Positions 21,839-31,249 of a DNA stretch of 64,000 bases are shown one piece after another. Every line of letters starts with the position of its first letter. Within the stretch, counting starts at the first letter, position 1. Origin of the DNA: an uncultured Poribacteria bacterium. GTDB lineage: Bacteria; Poribacteria; WGA-4E; WGA-3G. The stretch spans positions 160,001-224,000 of the forward strand of contig OX638351.1 in NCBI GenBank assembly GCA_951813565.1, written 5' to 3'. The position numbers and the translations under genes are program-made. A model generated the notes under the pieces. It saw only the letters and a list, made by a program, of their open reading frames with translations. It had not been told where the DNA came from and ran no database searches.

Positions 21839-22297
21839 ATGGGAGTTATCATAACTATAGCAATCATACTCTTCGTTCCAATTTGTGTTATCCTGACATT
21901 GATTATTCTTTTGCAGGATAGTAAGGGTGAAGGGCTTTCATCAAGCGCATTTGGCGGTTCTGAGATTCAATCAGTACTCGGAGGTCACGGTGCTGCGACG
22001 TTCCTTAGCAAACTTACCACTTGGGTGGCTATCGGATTTATGGTCATTTCGCTCTTATTGATGCGGTTTTATGGCGAAACAACAAGAGACGGCACCCTTA
22101 CACCACTGAATGAAGAGACAGAACAATCGCAAGAAGCTGCTGGAACTGAAAATGCAGTTGAAGTAGAAGAGGGTACAGCTGGAGAAGATCCAAAAGGCGC
22201 TATCACAACCATAGGGGATAACGATGAGGAAACTCCTTCAGAAACACCTGTAGAAGATTCAAAAGGCAGTATCACACCTACAAAAGAAACAGAGTAG
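21839..22297 (+). CDS. secG: Preprotein translocase subunit SecG with acidic C-terminal tail
   Basis: IILLQDSKGEGLSSSAFGG...FLSKLT, two TM helices; position downstream of tpiA. Confidence 0.88.
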   Translation: MGVIITIAIILFVPICVILTLIILLQDSKGEGLSSSAFGGSEIQSVLGGHGAATFLSKLTTWVAIGFMVISLLLMRFYGETTRDGTLTPLNEETEQSQEAAGTENAVEVEEGTAGEDPKGAITTIGDNDEETPSETPVEDSKGSITPTKETE

Positions 22298-22300
22298 CAC

Positions 22301-22768
22301 GTGCAGGAACAACACCGGACTGTTGAAGAAACTGATTCTGTGTCCAAACAGGCACACACAAGAGAAATCTCGTGGCGTGTGCATCCCCTCGCTGAGAATT
22401 GGAAACGGTCCGGGCTTTTATTGCTATTTCTATCTTGTATACTTGTAGTAATCTATTTTGGGTTTCAGTCGGTTGTTGTTCTCTTGTTATCGGCAATTCT
22501 TCTGATTGGCCCGCTCTACAAATACTTTTTACCTTTTCAATACAGCTGCGGCGTAGAAAGTCTCGTTGTCACTGCTTGTTGTTCCAAACTTGAACGTCCT
22601 TGGTCGGCATTCCGTAGTTATTACGTCGACAAGAACGGGGTGCTGCTCAGCCCTTTCGCGAAACCTACACGTCTTGAAAACTTCCGCGGCGTTTATGTCC
22701 GATTTGGAAGAAAGTCTCCTGAAGAAATCGTAGATTATATCCGCTGCAAAATCAACTCGGAGTCTTAA
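22301..22768 (+). CDS. Hypothetical membrane protein
   Basis: Two hydrophobic helices, LLSPF...RLENFRG motif, co-oriented with secG and uxaC. Confidence 0.7.
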   Translation: MQEQHRTVEETDSVSKQAHTREISWRVHPLAENWKRSGLLLLFLSCILVVIYFGFQSVVVLLLSAILLIGPLYKYFLPFQYSCGVESLVVTACCSKLERPWSAFRSYYVDKNGVLLSPFAKPTRLENFRGVYVRFGRKSPEEIVDYIRCKINSES

Positions 22769-22769
22769 T

Positions 22770-24053
22770 ATGAACGTTCCCAATACAAACAGTAACTCCA
22801 CAATTGAAACTGCTGATCAATTGAAAACCGCCATTTCAGAAACAGTTCATTCTCAAACCATCACCGATATCCACACGCATCTCTTTAGTCCCCCATTTGG
22901 TGAACTTTTGCTGTGGGGAATTGACGAATTGCTAACTTATCACTATCTCATTGCTGAAGTATTCCGCAAATCAGATGTCTCCTATCAACAATTTTGGGGT
23001 ATGACAAAAACACTGCAAGCAGAATTGATTTGGCAGACACTTTTCATTGAAAACTCTCCTATTAGTGAAGCGTGCCGCGGCGTTGTTACGACATTAGACG
23101 AATTAGGACTGGATGTGGGTTCCCGAAATCTACAAGACTACCGAGAATATTTTGCTGATACTACTGAAGAAAAATTTATTGATACTGTTTTTGAAAGCAC
23201 AAACGTCTCAAAAGTTGTTATGACGAATGACCCTTTTGATCCAGATGAGGCACCAGTGTGGGAATCGGGAGATACGGGTGATACACGTTTTGAAGCTGCA
23301 CTTCGGATGGACGTGCTTATTAACAACTATGAAGATACAGCGTATGAACACCTGCGCGGACTTGGCTATGAGGTTGATCCGATACTTTCATCTGACAAAA
23401 GTAATAAAGAAGTTCGCCGATTTTTAGAGACATGGATTCAGCGAATGAATCCAAAATACATGGCAGTTTCCCTACCTCCCGATTTCCAATACCCCGAGGA
23501 TGGTGTTTTGGGTCGGTTGTTTGACAATTGCATTTTGCCTATCTCGCGTGAATTCAACGTCCCATTCGCGTTGATGATTGGTGTTAAACGGGCAGTGAAC
23601 CCGCAGCTCAAAATGGCAGGCGATGGCACTGGAAAAGCGGATATGAACAGTCTGGAGGCACTTCTCCGTGAAAACCCCGACAATAAATTTCTTGTGACGC
23701 TTCTCTCTCGCGAAAATCAGCATGAGTTATGTGTCATCGGACGCAAATTCAAAAACTTGATGATTTTTGGGTGTTGGTGGTTTATGAACAATCCGAGTGT
23801 CATTGAGGAGATAACCCGTGAGCGGATTGAGTTACTCGGCTTGAGTGTAATTCCACAACATTCTGATGCACGAATCTTAGATCAACTCATCTACAAATGG
23901 AAGCACTCGCGTCAGATTATTGCCGACGTTTTGGTGGAAAAATATCAATCCATTTTGGATGTCGGTTGGACGCTTACTACATCAGAAATCGAGAGAGATG
24001 TTAACAATTTATTCGGTGGTAACTTTGAGCGTTTTTTGAATGGAACTAATTGA
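22770..24053 (+). CDS. uxaC: Glucuronate (uronate) isomerase, amidohydrolase superfamily
   Basis: DIHTHL, LLWGIDELLTYHYLIAE, GCWWF, QHSDARILDQLIYKW. Confidence 0.9.
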   Translation: MNVPNTNSNSTIETADQLKTAISETVHSQTITDIHTHLFSPPFGELLLWGIDELLTYHYLIAEVFRKSDVSYQQFWGMTKTLQAELIWQTLFIENSPISEACRGVVTTLDELGLDVGSRNLQDYREYFADTTEEKFIDTVFESTNVSKVVMTNDPFDPDEAPVWESGDTGDTRFEAALRMDVLINNYEDTAYEHLRGLGYEVDPILSSDKSNKEVRRFLETWIQRMNPKYMAVSLPPDFQYPEDGVLGRLFDNCILPISREFNVPFALMIGVKRAVNPQLKMAGDGTGKADMNSLEALLRENPDNKFLVTLLSRENQHELCVIGRKFKNLMIFGCWWFMNNPSVIEEITRERIELLGLSVIPQHSDARILDQLIYKWKHSRQIIADVLVEKYQSILDVGWTLTTSEIERDVNNLFGGNFERFLNGTN

Positions 24054-24119
24054 TTTGTGACTTGGCCAATCTAAAGGCGAATTCACATTTTTGACTCACG
24101 TATACACGTTTGGAGTTCG

Positions 24120-24407
24120 CTGAATAGACATTGGGTTTATATGGGACGGGATAAATATAAGGAAGTACAAAGGAAGCACAACATCCAATTTTATGAGGTA
24201 GTTTCTGCTTTTGACGATCCAGATGGATATGACGGTCCCGATCCACAAGGACACCCGGACCGGTGGATGTTCATAGGAAAAAGCGTCACTAATCGTATAT
24301 TGGTAATTATCTACATCCCAGAAGATGCAGAAATTCATCGTTTAATCACTGCGTATGAGGGCAGTCAGGAGATGCGCAATGGATACTATAGAGGAAGTCG
24401 AATTTGA
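24120..24407 (+). pseudogene. BrnT-like (DUF497) toxin with N-terminal frameshift
   Basis: FIWD in one frame, then DKYKEVQRKHNIQFYEVVSAFDDP...RWMFIG...ILVIIY...RLITA in another. Confidence 0.65.
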
Positions 24408-25399
24408 TTATGAGGCTCACACGCGAGATAATCCGCCAGATCTATCCAAGTTTCGCCCCGCGCCTGAAGTGCGTCGAGAACGCCGTGAAGCCTTCAGAGC
24501 GCGCTTAATCAATCATGTCAACATGGAGATTAAACATGCCAGAGAGATGAAACACGTCTTTATCTCCTATTGCCATGAGAATAAAGATATCGTAGATAAA
24601 CTTTGCCATACTCTTATCCAAATGGTGTTTCTGTTTGGGTGGATTGGGATCATTTAGTTCCCGGTACACCTTGGAAACAAGCGATTCAACAAGCAATTCA
24701 TCACGGACATTTCTTTATCGCATGTTTTTCAAAAGAATATAACACTCGCGACAAGACATACATGAATGAAGAACTGTCTATTGCAATTGAGAATCTTCGA
24801 CAAAAACCTGTCGATAGGATATGGTTTATCCCGTAAAATTGAACGAATGTGAGATTCCTGATATTAAAATCGGGGAAGGTGAGACCCTACAAGACCTTCA
24901 ATATGTTAACCTCTATGAAGACTGGGAAACTGGTATTCAACAGATCCTTAACTTCATGCTGTCCAAATCTTCCGAAACTATTAACTATGCGTATAAAGAG
25001 GGTGATAATTGTGTTTTGTTCCGGTCCGTGAATGGACAACATTACTTCATTCCTTTTCAAGAGGTTCGGTGGGATTCAAAGGAGATTTCTCTAACGCTTT
25101 CCCCTACCTTATCTGAACAAACTTCTTTCTTATGTTCTTTGAGAAAGGGAAGGCATGATGTGCTTGCTTTGGCACATCAGGAAGATGCGGCGTGGGTAAA
25201 GCCACGGGAAGTTGCACAACTTTCAACTGAAGGCAAAACTATATGGGAAGTCATTCTCACTGAGGATACAACAGGGAAAGTGTATAAGTATCGGACTGAA
25301 CAGGTACATTTTGAATCTCTTACACTGGATCAAATCGCAGATATGCGCGCGAGGAGAATCCTCCTTAACGGAAAAATAGAAAATCTGAATACTGACTTA

Positions 25400-25488
25400 T
25401 ACCAAATTAACAAGTTTTGTATTGTTTTCACTGCCGAGAACACGGGCGGGCACAGAGACCCGCCCCTACGATTTTGGGTAATTTGGTA
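25400..25488. mobile_element. MITE family B (TIR TACCAAATTA) carrying a REP-like hairpin
   Basis: 3-bp TTA TSD; related element at 39073-39220 with TAA TSD. Confidence 0.75.
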
Positions 25489-25786
25489 TTATCTCTAACT
25501 ATCGCATTTGATCAGTTAATATTAGAGGTTCAGATCCGTGACGAACTCTCGTCACAATATGGCAATAGACTGTAAGCCTTAGCATCTCCAATCCCAGAAC
25601 TCTATCAACATTTCAAAACCAGACCAGAGACATTTGAAACGTTTGCACGGTTAGTTTCTATACTCTATTTGAAATTGTCAAATACGGTTGAAGATATACT
25701 CCAGTTAGACCTAAAACTGCATAATTCGGCAGGGTTACAAGTAAAATTTAAGGGGCGACGATCCCAATTAGATATAAGTAGAGAAC

Positions 25787-27151
25787 GTCATAGGTACCCA
25801 CTACCTAAAGGTAGGGGCTTGTGCTTCCTTGCGACTGCGGTTTTCGCTTAGCGTCCACCGTCTTATTGTCGCTCCACTTTAGGCAGCCAAGCCTGCCCGT
25901 TTGATATTGATAGCAGCATTGATGTCTCTGTCGTGGTGTGAACCACATTTGGGGCATGTCCACTGCCTATCAGAAAGAGAGAGTTCTTTGTTATGGTATC
26001 CACAATCACTACAAGGTTTTGTTGTTGCTATCCATTGAGAGATTTGCACAAGTTTTTTGCCGTGCTTCGCACACTTCTGTTCCAATATCTGAAGAAACTG
26101 GTAGAAAGAATGGTCAGAAACTTTACGACCCCAAAGCCGTTTCATACCGTCAAGGTTCAGGGTTTCAAAAATGAGTGTATCAAACTCTACACAAAGTTTT
26201 GAGGCAAGTTTCCATTGCCAATCTTCTCTTTGTCTGGCAACTTTTCTGTGTTGCCTTGCCAAAGCACGACACGCACGATAATAGTTGTTAGAACCTTTGA
26301 CTTTACGACTGAGTGCTTTGTTGAGAGATCGCAACTTTTTCAGTGATTGTTTGAAAAACTGCGGAGATTGTCCCTTGTTGTCTTCGTCGCTTGTGAGGAA
26401 CGTTTTATTTCCATAATCAAACCCTGCGCTCTTACCTGTCTTGGGTTTGGGTTCGGAATCGTCAACATTCTCGCACGAAAAGCATATCCAATAGTCACCG
26501 CACCTGTCACGTTTGATGGTGATCGTCTTGATGACACCTTTGATTTCACGGTGTTTATGAAACGAAAAATAGGTATCTATACAGGTGATCTTGATACGAT
26601 TATCTTCAAGTTTGTAACCCGCTTGTGTAAACGTCATAGAGTTGTATTTGTGGCGCGGTTTGAGCTTCGGTCTACCGACTTTACGGGTTGTCACCCCTGC
26701 TTTGCGGTCCTTTATATTCTGAAAAAAAGCGTCTCGAGATTTACCATAACGCAGCACAACGTCTTGCACAACTTGACTTGGCAAGGCTGCCCAATGCGGT
26801 TTAGTTGTCTTTTTAAGTCTTGTGACGTGTGCCTTCAAACGATATATAGATATGTTTTTACCGAATATGCGATAATGTCTACGGTCAAGCAGCAGGATAT
26901 GTAGATGGATTTCCCACATATCATCAAGCATATTGCCGAGTTTGATTGTGTTAGATTGGTGTTGAAGTTTGAACTTGTGAGATTTTCTCATTGTCCACTT
27001 TGACCTTCAATATAGTCTTTTATCACTTCAAGAGTTACAATATAGTATGATATATTATACCACACTGTGATTAGATTGAAAAGTATATTTTAAATCAAAA
27101 CTTTCGCCGTGGACATCCCCTACCTAAAGGCAGGGGGTTTGACGGGGAGTG
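25787..27151 (-). mobile_element. IS200/IS605-family non-autonomous element (tnpB plus tnpA 3' remnant)
   Basis: Matching subterminal hairpins at about 25797-25817 and 27117-27136 (ctacctaaaggyagggg); no TSD; excision restores the host reading frame. Confidence 0.88.
25879..26991 (-). CDS. tnpB: RNA-guided endonuclease TnpB
   Basis: AGFDYGNKTF, FETLNLDGMKRLWGRKVSD, CSDCG...WTCPKCG, HDRDINAAINI. Confidence 0.95.
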   Translation of the reverse strand: MRKSHKFKLQHQSNTIKLGNMLDDMWEIHLHILLLDRRHYRIFGKNISIYRLKAHVTRLKKTTKPHWAALPSQVVQDVVLRYGKSRDAFFQNIKDRKAGVTTRKVGRPKLKPRHKYNSMTFTQAGYKLEDNRIKITCIDTYFSFHKHREIKGVIKTITIKRDRCGDYWICFSCENVDDSEPKPKTGKSAGFDYGNKTFLTSDEDNKGQSPQFFKQSLKKLRSLNKALSRKVKGSNNYYRACRALARQHRKVARQREDWQWKLASKLCVEFDTLIFETLNLDGMKRLWGRKVSDHSFYQFLQILEQKCAKHGKKLVQISQWIATTKPCSDCGYHNKELSLSDRQWTCPKCGSHHDRDINAAINIKRAGLAA

Positions 27152-27221
27152 CTAAACTATTAGAATTTGAGGGAATCTGCCCACTTCCTGAATAAAACCC
27201 AATTATGTAGTCTGGTGTAGG

Positions 27222-27506
27222 TCAACAATCACAGGGTATAGCGTTGCACTTCGGACACCCCTCTGCATAAATTTGTGCCGCATCCTCAAGAGAAATACCA
27301 AGAAGACTTGCTAAAGTGGATAGCCAAGCCAAGACATCGGCAAATTCCTCACGTAATCGTTCCACATCCTGTGGTTGTTTGCGAATCTCTTTTGCTAATT
27401 CCCCTACCTCTTCAACGAACCATGTGAAGGTTAATGGTACTCCACGCTCGGCATCTCGTGCGTAATAGATAGTCTCAATCTGCTGTTGAAATTTTTGAAT
27501 TGTCAT
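27222..27506 (-). CDS. MazG-like nucleotide pyrophosphohydrolase
   Basis: WFVEEVGELA...EEFADVLAW; C-terminal CxxC..PCxC. Confidence 0.88.
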   Translation of the reverse strand: MTIQKFQQQIETIYYARDAERGVPLTFTWFVEEVGELAKEIRKQPQDVERLREEFADVLAWLSTLASLLGISLEDAAQIYAEGCPKCNAIPCDC

Positions 27507-27529
27507 ATTACTCCTTTTTTAGTATAATA

Positions 27530-28014
27530 ACCTAAGTTGCTACCTATGTAGCATAAACTTTATGAAGGTTAAAAAATAAATTCGGTAATTTCAGTCCCGT
27601 AGGGACGATATGTTTATAGAAATGTGATAACCTACCTTGCTTGAGTTCCGTAGGAACGGCATATTTATTGTCTATGTGCTGCCAAACATATCGTCCCTAC
27701 GGGACTAAGAGGATGAGGTCGTCCGCGCTGCTATAAACATATCGTCCCTACAAAATCAACGCTATGAATGCCTTTATGGCATTCAGCGGGACTGAAGAGC
27801 GCTTAAAATGTTCCGAATATGCATAATGCAAAATTACCGAATTAAAAAATTAATCTTCATTTAGTTTGTGTCATAAGGGCGCAAACTGAAAGTGCTATCA
27901 ACGGTATGAATGCCTTAATGGCATTCCCCGTGCTACAAAATCTATGCTAATAGTGAACTATCCGATTAAAAAGGTGTTTTTTATGTCAATTATCTTGTAG
28001 GTAGCAACTTGAGT
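27530..28014. mobile_element. MITE family A ends enclosing nested repeats
   Basis: TIR ACCTAAGTTGCTAC/GTAGCAACTTGAGT, 7-bp TSD TATAATA; internal ATGAAG..CTTCAT element and gtagggacgatatgttt REP pairs. Confidence 0.8.
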
Positions 28015-28139
28015 TATAATAGCATAGTAATCTGAGATTATCAATTGCCAAAAACAGCAGCTCCAAATCAGTATTGATTGTCGTTGTGGGTTGCCTGAAT
28101 TTCCGATTCGGAATGCTAAGTCCGCACAGCGGAACACTT

Positions 28140-28538
28140 ATGAATGCCCAAAAACCGATTTTTATCAATCAATCGGAACTTGAATGGGAAAGTTGGGATG
28201 ACCCGGACATCGATGCCAAAAGTCCGATTCGTTGGAAACTACTTATTACAGGTGAACGCGGTCCGAGCAGTGGACTTGTCACGGGTATAGCAGAGGTCCC
28301 ACCCGGTGCGTCACTGCTGCTTCATCACCATGAGCCTGAAGAAACGTATTACGTCCTGAGCGGCAACGGACACATGCAGATTGACGATTGTGAAGCAGCG
28401 CTTAGTCCCGGTTCAGCAGTCTACATTCCACCTAATGCCAAACATACTGTTCGTTGCACTGGAACCGAACCGCTGGTTTTTATATTCACCTTTGCACGCG
28501 ATTCTTTCTACCAAATCGTCTACCATTTTGATGCGTAA
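28140..28538 (+). CDS. Cupin, DddK/DddW (DMSP lyase)-like
   Basis: IRWKLLI...SSGLVTGIAEVPPG...LHHHEPEETYYVLSG...YIPPNAKH...F.FA.DSF..IVY.F. Confidence 0.7.
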   Translation: MNAQKPIFINQSELEWESWDDPDIDAKSPIRWKLLITGERGPSSGLVTGIAEVPPGASLLLHHHEPEETYYVLSGNGHMQIDDCEAALSPGSAVYIPPNAKHTVRCTGTEPLVFIFTFARDSFYQIVYHFDA

Positions 28539-28586
28539 TTGCTTATTCACAAGCATATTGAGTTTCACTATTGAGGTAATTTTAGA

Positions 28587-29576
28587 ATGCCAATATCTAA
28601 AACAGCAGATACTAAACCTATTTTTTCAAATGAAGAAGCAAGCCTCTTTGACATAGGTGACGGTATCACCTATTTTGAGCTACATGGCAAATTGAACATT
28701 ATAGAGGATACCACGTTAGCAATCCTTAATTCCGCGCTGGACGAGGTAGAAGCAAATTTTTCTGGCATGCTTATTGGCACGGAAGCGGACAATTTTTCTG
28801 TAGGACTTAACCTCATTCTTTTATCAGAGCGCGCTAAAAGTAAAAACTGGGATTCGATATCAAAAACACTGAGAATTCTACAGAAAGTTTGCACTCGCTT
28901 ACGGCTTTCAACAAAACCTGTCGTGGCAGCGACAGTAGGCATGGCACTCGGTGGGGGATGCGAACTCGCGTTCGGTGCAGATGCTGTGCAAGCTTTCACC
29001 AACAGCAAACTTGGACTTGTTGAACTTCGCGTTGGACTGATCCCTGGTGGTGGTGGTACTACCGAGATGGCTTTTCGCTGTTTAGAAGGTCAACAGACAT
29101 CATCATCAATTCAGCAGCTATTTACGCCTGTCCAAACGACATTTGAAACTATTCGTCAAGCGAAGGTTTCGCAAAATGCTGCAGATGCAGTAGAACTGGG
29201 TTATCTTCACAAAACTGCGGTTATTTCTGATCAAAGAACTAACCATCTCAATGATGCTAAACAACTTGCCCTCTCACTTTGGGAAAGTGGTTATCAATCA
29301 CCTCAACCTCGGCAGGTATATGTGTTAGGAGAAGAAGGGATTAACCACCTAAAACAACAGTTTCAGGAATTGAGACAAGCTAACACCATCAACAATTATG
29401 AGCAGACTCTCGCTGAGAAATTGGCTTATGTGTTCTGTGGAGGCATGCTTTCAACACCACAGTATGTCGCTGAACAGGTCCTGCTTGACCTTGAACACGA
29501 GGTATTCCTCAGTCTCTGTAGTGAACCGAAGACTCATGCGATGATTGAATCTACTCTTAAAAAAGGCAAAAAATGA
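28587..29576 (+). CDS. Enoyl-CoA hydratase/isomerase (crotonase), resembling the C-terminal domain of FadN-type proteins
   Basis: NFSVGLNL, ALGGGCE, GLVELRVGLIPGGGG, EQVLLDLEHEVFLSL. Confidence 0.82.
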   Translation: MPISKTADTKPIFSNEEASLFDIGDGITYFELHGKLNIIEDTTLAILNSALDEVEANFSGMLIGTEADNFSVGLNLILLSERAKSKNWDSISKTLRILQKVCTRLRLSTKPVVAATVGMALGGGCELAFGADAVQAFTNSKLGLVELRVGLIPGGGGTTEMAFRCLEGQQTSSSIQQLFTPVQTTFETIRQAKVSQNAADAVELGYLHKTAVISDQRTNHLNDAKQLALSLWESGYQSPQPRQVYVLGEEGINHLKQQFQELRQANTINNYEQTLAEKLAYVFCGGMLSTPQYVAEQVLLDLEHEVFLSLCSEPKTHAMIESTLKKGKK

Positions 29577-29635
29577 AAACCCGTTTGTCGTAAATGTGTA
29601 AACACTTAAATTAAAACTAATAATTGAGGAAAAAT

Positions 29636-30697
29636 ATGCAATCTCACGTTTATCTTTCTATTGCTGGAGAAAACAGAATCGCCATTTATACCTTTGATGT
29701 CGCTAACGGGGCGATTGAGTTTCAAGAAGATGTTAACGTTAGCGGCTCACCCGGTCCTTTAACGCTTTCAACTTGCGGCAACTATTTATATGCAGGACTT
29801 CGTTCCAGTCGAGAAATTTCGACTTTTCGTATTGATGAAAATAGTAAGCAGCTTACGCTTTTGCGGACAATTAAACTTGATGCGGATACATGTTACATTG
29901 CAACAGACAAAACAGGTAAATATCTGCTTTCCGCGTATTACGGTGCTGGTAAGGTTACGGTGCATGCGATTGGCAATGATAAAACTGTCCAAGGTGAATC
30001 GATCCAAACCATCGAAACGGCACCGCATGCCCACTACATTGAGACAGATGCATCAAACCGTTTTGCTTTTGTCCCGCACACCGTGCCCCCAAATGCTATC
30101 TATCAGTTTCACTTTGATCCGGATACAGGCATGCTGACTGAAAATGCTTTTGGGAATGTTAATCCTGATGAACAAGTTGGACCACGCCACTACTGTGAGC
30201 ATCCGAACAAACCGATCTTCTATTTCTCAAATGAACAAGGTTCAAGCGTATCTGCTTACAACCTTCAGAAAGGTGATCCAGAGGTCTCAACCCCAAAGTC
30301 AGGTGTTCCCAACTATACAGTTCACGATGCCCCTGGTCTATTATGGGAGTTCCAAACACTTTCAACACTCCCCGCGGATTTTAATGAACATAATAGCTGC
30401 GCCCAAATTCACATCGATCCACACGGTAAGTTTCTTTATGTTTCTAATCGCGGACATGACAGTATCGCAATATTTTCAATTGACGAAGAGAGTGGAGAAT
30501 TAACTGCTTTAGGACATCAACTCACAGAACCGACCCCACGTGTATTCAACATTGACGAGACAGGGAACTTCTTATTTGCGGGTGGGCAAGGATCCGGCAA
30601 ACTTGCTACTTACCGTATCAATCGGGAGAGTGGTTTACTCAATGGCATTGAAACTTATGAGGTTGGTGAAAATCCGATGTGGGTGCTTTTTGTGTAA
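29636..30697 (+). CDS. Lactonase (6-phosphogluconolactonase Pgl family, beta-propeller)
   Basis: PHAH, GPRH, YVSNRGHDSIA, PRVFNID. Confidence 0.88.
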   Translation: MQSHVYLSIAGENRIAIYTFDVANGAIEFQEDVNVSGSPGPLTLSTCGNYLYAGLRSSREISTFRIDENSKQLTLLRTIKLDADTCYIATDKTGKYLLSAYYGAGKVTVHAIGNDKTVQGESIQTIETAPHAHYIETDASNRFAFVPHTVPPNAIYQFHFDPDTGMLTENAFGNVNPDEQVGPRHYCEHPNKPIFYFSNEQGSSVSAYNLQKGDPEVSTPKSGVPNYTVHDAPGLLWEFQTLSTLPADFNEHNSCAQIHIDPHGKFLYVSNRGHDSIAIFSIDEESGELTALGHQLTEPTPRVFNIDETGNFLFAGGQGSGKLATYRINRESGLLNGIETYEVGENPMWVLFV

Positions 30698-30801
30698 AGA
30701 ACGATAGCAAAACGCAACGCGATGTTTTGTTGGCACTATAGTTAGAGGATGTGGACAAAACAGCTGTGATTGTAATAGATTTTAGCGATATTTAAAAACA
30801 A

Positions 30802-30831
30802 AATGGGCATGGTAGTACTACCATGCCCATT
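30802..30831. terminator. Perfect 30-bp palindrome between convergent genes, probable bidirectional terminator
   Basis: aatgggcatggtagt/actaccatgcccatt. Confidence 0.65.
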
Positions 30832-30839
30832 GCTATATG

Positions 30840-31070
30840 TTAAACTCTGTCAATCGCTGTAGTGATCTGTTCTGGTGTCGGAAATTGTCGTGTCTCTAAC
30901 TTGGAGTAGAGCAATTCATCATTTAAGTATACTTCAAAAGCACCACCACTACTTTCAACGAGTTTCACTTCTTTAACCTGACCACTATATTCGTTTTTCA
31001 AGGCTTCTGCCAAACTGGCTGCCCGTGGTTTATAGTTTCAAGATGTGCAGTACTCAATTCTAATGTCCAT
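30840..31070 (-). CDS. SelW/Rdx-family selenoprotein (CxxU), in-frame TGA read as Sec
   Basis: MDIRIEYCTS-U-NYKPRAASLAEAL...SGGAFEVYLNDELLYSKLETRQFP; TGA at 31040-31038; AGGAGG RBS; not in the ORF track. Confidence 0.88.
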
Positions 31071-31249
31071 TGGTATATGTCCTCCTAAATTGAAAGGAAT
31101 TCTGATTAATTTTACCAAAATTTTTTGGAAATTGCAAGTTTTTTCGCTTCGGAATAAACGTGACATATTTTATTGCGTATGATATGCTTTACTTTAATTT
31201 CAGCGATTGTTGGACATCTTAACCCGAGTTAATAATGGAGGTAGTAACC

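Larger units (their letters stand above)
24379..27195 (+). pseudogene. Antitoxin-like N-terminus fused to a TIR domain and C-terminal domain; disrupted by two frameshifts, a MITE, a nonsense codon and an IS605-type insertion
   Basis: VFISYCHE...VWVD..HLVPG..WKQAIQQAI...FIACFS...YMNEEL...FIPVKL spread over three frames; frame restored by removing 25400-25491 and 25787-27151; TAA at 25573. Confidence 0.75.
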
